NCBI GenBank assembly: GCA_964497535.1
Contig: CAZCCG010000001.1
Span: forward strand, 2,688 to 66,687
Reading direction: 5' to 3'
Source of the DNA: an uncultured Gammaproteobacteria bacterium
GTDB taxonomy: Bacteria > Patescibacteriota > Microgenomatia > Levybacterales > UBA12049
DNA: 64,000 nt
The notes beneath the pieces were generated by a model. It had not been told where the DNA came from and searched no databases. It saw nothing but the letters and a program-made list of their open reading frames with translations. Below are positions 56,889 to 64,000 of this stretch, piece by piece. Positions within the stretch are counted from its first letter, which is position 1, and the number at the start of each line of letters is the position of its first letter. The position numbers and the translations under genes are program-made.

Positions 56889-59267
56889 TTAGCAGGCGGA
56901 ATATCCGCAGGAGAAACATTTCTTGCAGCCTTCCTGATATGCCAGGGTCCCTGATCCACAATCAGGACAAATATCAAATAAATCAGTGTTGGGTAATCCT
57001 GTCGCTCCGCCTTCCAGGGTCAATTGCTGCATCATTGAAGATTTTTCTTCTGGTTCTGCCGCAACTGTATCCGCAGCAACCGGTGCATGATTATTTAGAC
57101 TCATCTTATCCTCTACGTGCCCATTCACTACAAATCCTGAATACTTTGCCATCACTTTTGCTACGGCGTCAGGCAATGATCTCACTCGATTGGGACCAAA
57201 CCCGACACTGCCTGAACCCCCAATACCTGCTAATTCTCCAACCAACGTTCTCATACGTTCTCTCCCCGGCACCGGGCTTGAGAGCCGCAAGAACTGAGAA
57301 ATAATGCGACCCAATGCATCTGCCATTGCCATGACATCTGATCCGGATTTTCCATGGTTGATAAAGACTTCAAACGGTTCATTTCCCCCATCATGATTAA
57401 TGGTAATATACACTTTTCCGGTTGGGGTCTCAGTCGCATATGTTACTCCCTGCACAACCATGGGACGAGGCAAAATCGGCTGTTCTTTTGCTTGCTCTAC
57501 AATCTCTTTTTTGACTTCTTCTTTTTTCTGATCCTCAACACGGGAGAGTACTCCTTCGCGGGATCCATCGCGCATATAGGTTACTCCTTTGAGTCCCAGA
57601 TCATACGCTGCCATGTAGAGTATCTTTACATCCTCAACAGTGTGGGAGTTAGGAGCATTCACAGTCTTTGAAATAGATGAATCAATATATTCCTGCGCAA
57701 CTGCTTGTACCTGAGCATGCTCCATGGGGTTTAAATCGTTTGCGCCGACATAATACCCCGGCTTTTCTGCATCTGGATGGTCTTTTTTCCATTCTTCAAA
57801 GAGCGGATGATACATGATGTGTTCTCCGGTTCGATCCCGTCGGATAAAGGTGAATTCATATACCGGTTCGACCCCTGATGAGACACCGGACAGAAGACTT
57901 GTCGTACCGGTTGGGGCAATCGTCAATAGCACTGCATTACGAATCCCCTGTTTTTTAATTTTGTCCCTGATTTTCTTTGGCAATGCTTTGATGTGATAGC
58001 CTTTCATATACTTTTTATTATCAAATTTGGGGAAGGCTCCTTTTTCTTTGGCAATATCAGAAGATGCATCATAGGCATTGTCACGAAGAACCTGGAACAT
58101 CTTTCGAATCGTCGGCATTGCTTCCTCTGATCCATAGCGCAGTTTCATTTTTATCAATGCGTCAGCAAGTCCCATGATCCCCAGTCCCGTTCGTCTGATC
58201 TCTTTGGCAATCTGCTCATTCTCAGGGAAGAAATAATAAGTCTGATCAATAACATTGTCCAAAAACCGCATGGCAACACGAACATCTTTACCAAACTGGT
58301 CAAAATCAAATTTCTCATCTTTCACATACGCTGCCAGATTCATGGCACCCAGATTGCATACTGCCCATGGCCCAAGCGGTTGCTCTCCACAGGGATTGGT
58401 TGCAACCAGTCTTTCAAAATACCAGGTGTTTGACCGCTTGTTGGATCGCTCCAGAAAATGAAGTCCCGGTTCTGCACTTCTCCATGCAGCAGTACAGATC
58501 AAATCCCACAAATATTTTGCTTTGATAGTCTTGTAGACTTTGACTTTCCCACCCATTTTCTTCCATTCATCCAGTTCCCCTCTCCAATGGGTATCATAAC
58601 GGGGATCATCCAGATCAGCGTATACCAGATCCCAATCTGAATCTTTTTTGACTGCTTCCATGAAAGCATCCGATACACAAACCGACAAATTGGCACCATT
58701 GATCTTTGAGAGGTCTTGTTTGACTGTAATAAATTCTTCAACATCCGGATGCCAATCCCACAGCATAAGCATTGTGGCCCCACGACGAGTACCGCCTTGT
58801 TGCACGACATCATGAGTTGCGTAGGAGAAAAGCCCTGCCCACGTGACTGGACCCGATGAAGTTCCATTGACCTTTTTGACACGCGCGCCACGCGGTCGAA
58901 GAGATGAAAGATTAAGCCCTACTCCGCCTGAGCGGGATTGAATTTCAACCAATTGTTTGAGTGAGTCCAAAATTCCTTCTCGTGAATCTTTGGGAGATGG
59001 GATAACGAAACAATTAAAATACGTAACCTGGTATCCTGTTCCGGCACCGGATAAGATGCGCCCACCGGGAACAAATTTAAAATCGGACATGACATTATAA
59101 AATGCCTCTTCCCACTGTGCCCGTTTTGGAGCTTTTTCAATTTCTGCGATACCCCGAGCAACCCGTCTCCACATGTCTTCTGGTGTTGGTTCTGTGGGAT
59201 TCCCCTCTTTATCTTTCAAAGAGTATCGATCCAAAAATACTTTTTCGCGAATTCCGTCAAGTTTCAT
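56889..59267 (-). CDS. nrdJ: adenosylcobalamin-dependent ribonucleotide reductase (class II, monomeric type)
   Basis: NPCGEQPL active-site motif, B12-binding region, C-terminal zinc ribbon CPDCGSG...CKKCFSCG. Confidence 0.9.
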   Translation of the reverse strand: MKLDGIREKVFLDRYSLKDKEGNPTEPTPEDMWRRVARGIAEIEKAPKRAQWEEAFYNVMSDFKFVPGGRILSGAGTGYQVTYFNCFVIPSPKDSREGILDSLKQLVEIQSRSGGVGLNLSSLRPRGARVKKVNGTSSGPVTWAGLFSYATHDVVQQGGTRRGATMLMLWDWHPDVEEFITVKQDLSKINGANLSVCVSDAFMEAVKKDSDWDLVYADLDDPRYDTHWRGELDEWKKMGGKVKVYKTIKAKYLWDLICTAAWRSAEPGLHFLERSNKRSNTWYFERLVATNPCGEQPLGPWAVCNLGAMNLAAYVKDEKFDFDQFGKDVRVAMRFLDNVIDQTYYFFPENEQIAKEIRRTGLGIMGLADALIKMKLRYGSEEAMPTIRKMFQVLRDNAYDASSDIAKEKGAFPKFDNKKYMKGYHIKALPKKIRDKIKKQGIRNAVLLTIAPTGTTSLLSGVSSGVEPVYEFTFIRRDRTGEHIMYHPLFEEWKKDHPDAEKPGYYVGANDLNPMEHAQVQAVAQEYIDSSISKTVNAPNSHTVEDVKILYMAAYDLGLKGVTYMRDGSREGVLSRVEDQKKEEVKKEIVEQAKEQPILPRPMVVQGVTYATETPTGKVYITINHDGGNEPFEVFINHGKSGSDVMAMADALGRIISQFLRLSSPVPGRERMRTLVGELAGIGGSGSVGFGPNRVRSLPDAVAKVMAKYSGFVVNGHVEDKMSLNNHAPVAADTVAAEPEEKSSMMQQLTLEGGATGLPNTDLFDICPDCGSGTLAYQEGCKKCFSCGYSAC

Positions 59268-59335
59268 AATAGTCTCTGTATTGTAATACTGTTTTGTAAA
59301 GATTGAAACAAGTATTTTGCGCTAAATCTGTAATA

Positions 59336-59785
59336 CTACTGTAATAGCCTTTTTACTTCTTTTTCAAAATCTTCTACGTCGACAAAGCGCTTAAATACAC
59401 TTGAAAACCGGATATATGCTACCTTGTCAATTTTTTTCAATCGGTTTGCTGCTAAGTGTCCAATCCGTTTACTCTCTACTTCAACCGAATCGGCACTCAA
59501 AAGCTCTTTTTCTACTTCATCAACAATTCTGTCGATCTGTTCCAAAGAAACGGTCGTCTTTTCTGTTGATTTTAACAGTCCCTGTTTTAATTTTTCCCGT
59601 TTGAACTGCTCTCTCTTCCCATCCTTTTTGGTAACGAATAAGTTGACCGATTCAACCCGTTCGTATGTGGTAAACCGCTTACCGCAGTCAAGACACGAGC
59701 GACGCCTGCGAATCGTTTCCAAATCTTCACTGTCTCGCGTCTCTACTACTTCTGTTTCTCTTCCTCTGCAATACGGACACCTCAT
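59336..59785 (-). CDS. nrdR: transcriptional repressor NrdR
   Basis: MRCPYCRG...CLDCGKRFTTYERVE zinc ribbon plus ATP-cone. Confidence 0.9.
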   Translation of the reverse strand: MRCPYCRGRETEVVETRDSEDLETIRRRRSCLDCGKRFTTYERVESVNLFVTKKDGKREQFKREKLKQGLLKSTEKTTVSLEQIDRIVDEVEKELLSADSVEVESKRIGHLAANRLKKIDKVAYIRFSSVFKRFVDVEDFEKEVKRLLQ

Positions 59786-59805
59786 AACTAAGCGTTTAGT
59801 TCAAT

Positions 59806-59851
59806 AGCGTTCCCGCCTAGACTCGCGTCTGGCGAGGCTGGTAGCGTATAG
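59806..59851. repeat. 42-bp inverted repeat, right copy (one mismatch vs 56828-56869)
   Basis: rc = tacgctaccagcctcgccagacgcgagtctaggcgggaacgc. Confidence 0.9.
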
Positions 59852-60098
59852 TTGATTTCTATCGTTCAGTTATCTGCCTATAACTAAATGTTCAAAAAAT
59901 TAGCCGCTCAACGCTCACTACAACTAGTGGTAATAACTAGAATAGGACACTATATATGCGGTGTCAACTGGAAATTTCTGTATCAAAACCCAGCAGTGGT
60001 GTTTTCTAGCTTCATTCTTTGTTTTTTCAGGATTTGCTGAATTGGAGGTGAATTATTGCTGAGAAAAATTGAGTATAAAAAGATGACAACTGAAGAAT

Positions 60099-60710
60099 TT
60101 ATTGTTGGCTCTTGGGTACAAGCGGTTTTACCTGATTCTCATATTGATCTGTTCTTTTGATCAAATTCGTGAGTCGAGACACATATTTCTTGGGTGCTTT
60201 TTTGAGTAGGTCTTTATAGACTGCCTCATGCTTTTGCGCTGAAATATATACTTTTAGAATGATCTCTCCGTTGCCGATCCCCTGTTGTTTTGCTGCTTTA
60301 ATCTTTGCAATTGATTGCTCAAAATAATTTTCTCCTTTATCAAAGGTTGTAAAGGCCAATTCCTCTTTTCCCTTATGTTGTTGGTAGAGATAGAGCCCCG
60401 CTTGTAATCTTTTATCTGCTTGCAGAAGATTAAACTCTGCCTGCTTGGTAGGATCTGATATCAATAATCCAATCATACGATCTCGAAATGTTTTGAGAAT
60501 GTAGAGCGGATTATCCGGTAACAGCCCCGGATATGGCAGGACATAACTTTGGACCGGGTCGTTCTGTTGAGTAGCAGCCATCGAAGAAGAAAGCTCATGG
60601 GTTGGCAATATAATCTCCTCTTGGGCAAAAGCCACGGGAGATAGAGAAAGGATTACAAGTAGTACTATACTGAACAAAAACAATTTTTTCATAGCTATTA
60701 TCTTCTGCAT
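60099..60710 (-). CDS. secreted hypothetical protein
   Basis: Signal peptide MKKLFLFSIVLLVILSLSPVAFAQ. Confidence 0.5.
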   Translation of the reverse strand: MQKIIAMKKLFLFSIVLLVILSLSPVAFAQEEIILPTHELSSSMAATQQNDPVQSYVLPYPGLLPDNPLYILKTFRDRMIGLLISDPTKQAEFNLLQADKRLQAGLYLYQQHKGKEELAFTTFDKGENYFEQSIAKIKAAKQQGIGNGEIILKVYISAQKHEAVYKDLLKKAPKKYVSRLTNLIKRTDQYENQVKPLVPKSQQ

Positions 60711-60801
60711 TACACCCTATAACTGCTGAGATGTCAAGTAGGTAACCAAGGGAATTTACATGGATTATTGCGGATCAGTTCGAAATCGGTGGCAATCAAT
60801 G

Positions 60802-61392
60802 CTATTGAGATGTGTATCCCAGGGCTTCTAATGCAAGGCGGAGGGACTCATCCTGGTTGTGTGAATAGGTATTAATAACCAGGTCATAGTATTTAGGGTC
60901 AAAGTAATTCCAGTTGGGGTCCCCATTGGCATAGAGTCTACTCCATTTCTCCAGATTTTGGCGATCTCGTTCATGCGCTTGATGTTTTGCTTCATCAATG
61001 GTGATCCCATCCCGATTCATAAGCCGGTCTATTCGTACATCAACCTTATCCAATCCATGAGAATCCTCACACACAACAAAAATTTTAAATACTCCTTCTA
61101 TTCCCTGCGCGTCAAATCCCGCCAAATGACTCTGGATAACATGATTCGATTCTTCACGTAAAATCTTTTTCACTTTCTCTTCATATTCCAGATCGAAATT
61201 ATCAGGCCGTTTGCTCGTCTCCTCTACCGCTGCTCCAATTTCTGCCTGGACTCGGCGTAAAATTTTGCCACCTTCCAGTACTTCCCACCCAAGGATATGC
61301 CCCAACCGTTCTGCCAAAGTTGTAGCACCGGATGCAATTCTTCCTGAAACAGTTATGTTTCGAATGTTTTTGAGCTGTGCGGGTGTATCCAT
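60802..61392 (-). CDS. P-loop kinase, cytidylate-kinase-like family
   Basis: ITVSGRIASGATTLAERL P-loop-like motif in a 196-aa protein. Confidence 0.45.
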   Translation of the reverse strand: MDTPAQLKNIRNITVSGRIASGATTLAERLGHILGWEVLEGGKILRRVQAEIGAAVEETSKRPDNFDLEYEEKVKKILREESNHVIQSHLAGFDAQGIEGVFKIFVVCEDSHGLDKVDVRIDRLMNRDGITIDEAKHQAHERDRQNLEKWSRLYANGDPNWNYFDPKYYDLVINTYSHNQDESLRLALEALGYTSQ

Positions 61393-61394
61393 AG

Positions 61395-62480
61395 TTAGTT
61401 TTTTCGAAGCAGTAAAATCTCTTCTACCAGACGGTTGGCATAACCATATTCATTGTCATACCAGGCAATGACTTTGACCATATTTCCCCCTACAACTTGT
61501 GTGAGAGACAAATCGACAATTGCAGAGTGAGGATTACCAATAATATCACTTGAAACTAATGGATCTTCTGTAACTTCCAGAATACCGCGGAACGCTGAAT
61601 TTTGAGCTGCCTGATCTTTGATAACTGTATTTACTTCCTCTGTTGTAGTTTCTCTCTTCAAAAGAAAAGTGAAATCAGAAAGTGAACCAGTAATGGTTGG
61701 AACCCGCACCGAGAGTCCGCTAAAATTATTTGCCAATGCCGGAATTGCTTTTGCTGCTGCTTTTGTTGCACCGGTTGAGGTAGGAATCATATTTTGTGCT
61801 GCAGCTCGAGCCCTTCTGTAATCCTTGTGTCCCCCATCTTGTAGTCGTTGGTCCGAGGTATAACTATGAATTGTCGTCATCATAGCTTTTTCAATACCAA
61901 AATGGTCTTGCATGATTTTTGCCACCGGCGCGATACAGTTGGTTGTACAGGAAGCATTACTCACAACAGTCTCTCCCTGATAGTTTTCTGCATTTACTGA
62001 TAATACATAGGTCGGAATTGAATCTTCCTTGGCAGGTGCTGATAAGAGTACTGCCTTGGCTCCGGCCTGCATATGTAATTTAGCTTTGTCTTGTGTCAGA
62101 AAATGTCCTGTGGACTCAATTACAACATCAACATCCAAATCTTTCCACGGCAAAAGCGTTGGATCCTTTTGGGAGAAAACAGGAACCTCTTTATTATCAA
62201 TAACCAAAGACCCCAGTAAACTTGTTTTGGTATCAGGTGCCGAAGGAGCGGCTGGAGTAGCTTGTTTGATTCCCAATTCATGTCCCTGAAGCGGTCCGTA
62301 TGCACTGTCATATTTAAGAAGATACATCCACCCTTTCAAGTCTGTAGAAGAACCGGCATTAATAGCAATAACTTCCATTTCGGAATTGTGCTTTTCTAGA
62401 ATAATCCTATGGGCAACGCGTCCAATGCGTCCATAGCCATTAATAGCAACTCGTATCATAGGATGAGTATATACCGCCAT
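61395..62480 (-). CDS. gap: glyceraldehyde-3-phosphate dehydrogenase, type I, with ~30-aa insertion
   Basis: MIRVAINGYGRIGR and SNASCTTNCIAP. Start is ATG at 62480 or 62459. Confidence 0.9.
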   Translation of the reverse strand: MAVYTHPMIRVAINGYGRIGRVAHRIILEKHNSEMEVIAINAGSSTDLKGWMYLLKYDSAYGPLQGHELGIKQATPAAPSAPDTKTSLLGSLVIDNKEVPVFSQKDPTLLPWKDLDVDVVIESTGHFLTQDKAKLHMQAGAKAVLLSAPAKEDSIPTYVLSVNAENYQGETVVSNASCTTNCIAPVAKIMQDHFGIEKAMMTTIHSYTSDQRLQDGGHKDYRRARAAAQNMIPTSTGATKAAAKAIPALANNFSGLSVRVPTITGSLSDFTFLLKRETTTEEVNTVIKDQAAQNSAFRGILEVTEDPLVSSDIIGNPHSAIVDLSLTQVVGGNMVKVIAWYDNEYGYANRLVEEILLLRKN

Positions 62481-62544
62481 GATAAAACCGGCAAGTGGAT
62501 AAATCCAATGCTACTACAAAATTTTCAATTTGAAATTTTCATTG

Positions 62545-62662
62545 AATCCTTCGACTCCGCTCAGAACAAGTGAATCAAAGCAATACCATAACTCATAATT
62601 CATACTTCATGATTCCCAACTGTTAATTCTTAGCGGTAGACTGTAGTCTGTAGACCACCGTT
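62545..62662. repeat. repeat family B, copy 3
   Basis: ...gaacaagtgaatcaaagcaataccataactcataattcatacttcatgattcccaactgttaattc...gtagactgtagtctgtagacc. Confidence 0.8.
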
Positions 62663-62668
62663 ACCCTA

Positions 62669-62893
62669 TTGCATTTTGTCTTTTTCTGTGTACATACTAT
62701 ATATATGGCTAAGAAAAAAACCAAGTCATCCCCCTCTTCCCGTCGAGTCCATCCGCTTCATCGAAGTCATTCGATCTCAGGAAGTTTTAAAAAACATCCG
62801 GTGTTAACCCTATCTCTGATTGCCATGATACTGTTGTTTGTCGGAATTATTTATATTTCCCTCCTCTCTCCCTTTGTAGCAGTCCCCGCATAA
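62669..62893 (+). CDS. small membrane protein
   Basis: 74 aa, K/S-rich N-terminus plus one TM helix. Confidence 0.35.
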   Translation: MHFVFFCVHTIYMAKKKTKSSPSSRRVHPLHRSHSISGSFKKHPVLTLSLIAMILLFVGIIYISLLSPFVAVPA

Positions 62894-63061
62894 TCCTTAA
62901 AGCACAAATGAATGGTACTGCGTATTTCGTACATCGTATTTTGTATTTCGCTCTCTCTGGAATTTCCTATATACGATATACCATATACTAAATACGAACT
63001 GTAAGAAAAATTGAAGACTATGAAACAAGTAGATTTTTAGGATACGATACCCTACCCAAAC

Positions 63062-63826
63062 CTACTTGGAGGAATCCACTTTGAGAGTCTTTATTGCTTC
63101 TTGTACGGTTGTCATAAATTGAGCAGGGAAAATAATAGTTGAATTTTTTTCGGTGGAAATCTCAGCCATTGTTTGTAGTGTCCGCAGCTGGAGAGCGACG
63201 GGATGTTTTGAAATCAAATCAGCTGCTTCTCCTAATTTCTGGGCTGCTTGAAACTCTCCATCTGCCGCAATAATTTTTGCCCGTCGTTCGCGGTCTGCTT
63301 CTGCTTCTTTGGCCATTGCCCGCTGCATATTGTCCGGGAGTTGGATATCTTTGATTTCAACTGCCGTTACTTGTACTCCCCAGGGCTCAGTGTGGTTGTC
63401 TATGACATTTTTGATTTGAGTATTGATGTCTGAGGTTTTCGATAGCAACTGGTCCAACATAAACTGCCCGACGACATTGCGAACCGTTGTTTGAGATATT
63501 TGGTTAACTGCTTCATAGACATCTTCTATAGCAATCACTGACTTTTGCGGATCACTTACCAGATAATAAGCTACTGCTGCAATATCAATAGAAACATTAT
63601 CTTTTGTGATAATTTTTTGGGAAGGAATTCCCATAGTTACAGTGCGAAGGCTTACCCGCTGCATACGCTCTACAATCGGGATAAGAATAATGAGCCCCGG
63701 ACCCCTGACTCCGGTAACTCGTCCTAGGAAAAAAACAACTCCCCGCTCATACTCCTGCACCACACGAAGTGACGCAAAAAGAAAAAATAGAACAATTACG
63801 ATAAGAATCGGGATTACAAATTCCAT
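63062..63826 (-). CDS. SPFH/band-7 (stomatin/slipin-like) protein
   Basis: TM anchor plus SPFH core: [26 protein letters not shown]...[30 protein letters not shown]. Confidence 0.85.
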   Translation of the reverse strand: MEFVIPILIVIVLFFLFASLRVVQEYERGVVFFLGRVTGVRGPGLIILIPIVERMQRVSLRTVTMGIPSQKIITKDNVSIDIAAVAYYLVSDPQKSVIAIEDVYEAVNQISQTTVRNVVGQFMLDQLLSKTSDINTQIKNVIDNHTEPWGVQVTAVEIKDIQLPDNMQRAMAKEAEADRERRAKIIAADGEFQAAQKLGEAADLISKHPVALQLRTLQTMAEISTEKNSTIIFPAQFMTTVQEAIKTLKVDSSK

Positions 63827-63893
63827 ACTTTCACTATATGAAGAAGCCAAAAGGAAGTCAATAGGAAACACAGTATTTTTTGTGGAATAAATG

Positions 63894-63917
63894 GGGGTCG
63901 AGTCAGACTCGACCCCC
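63894..63917. repeat. GC-rich palindromic hairpin GGTCGAGTCAGACTCGACC (inverted orientation of the 56557 copy) at the onset of a high-GC segment
   Basis: gggggtcgagtcagactcgacccccc; the sequence after it is visibly GC-rich. Confidence 0.8.
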
Positions 63918-64000
63918 CGACTTGGTGACTAGCGGCTCGTCGTTGGTGCCGGACAGCTTAACTGCCATGCATCCAATGGGTGCGTCCGGCACCACTGCCG

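Noticed and set aside
1-64000. CRISPR arrays, rRNA genes, riboswitches
   Set aside because: No regularly spaced short direct repeats and no rRNA-like conserved blocks. The upstream regions of nrdJ and pduO are too short and AT-rich for a cobalamin riboswitch by eye.

Overview
This 64 kb window is low-GC (about 38-42% by eye) and gene-dense, with the small genome character of a Patescibacteria/CPR-like or similarly reduced bacterium. Recognisable genes include trxB, trxA, pth, recF, fpg, murD, murI, tgt, trpS, ftsH and gap. The nrdR gene, the class-II B12-dependent ribonucleotide reductase nrdJ and a PduO-type cobalamin adenosyltransferase sit together. Two tRNAs are present: Met-CAU on the plus strand and an unusual Ile-UAU on the minus strand. 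The chromosome is mosaic, punctuated by short higher-GC blocks (about 46-58% by eye) that carry small membrane, winged-helix and zinc-ribbon proteins and one foreign-looking fabI. Several of these blocks end in GC-rich palindromic hairpins of one family (core CGAGTCTNACTCG, three copies). Two MITE-like intergenic repeat families are present, each with three copies. A 42-bp inverted repeat with one mismatch flanks the nrdR-nrdJ operon. The last 48 bp of trxB occur twice as a perfect direct repeat. A tRNA-Ile(UAU) sits next to an XerC/D-like tyrosine recombinase and a three-gene operon ending in a TraG/VirD4-like membrane ATPase. No CRISPR array or rRNA was seen. All calls rest on motifs read by eye, GC was judged by eye, and no database search was possible.
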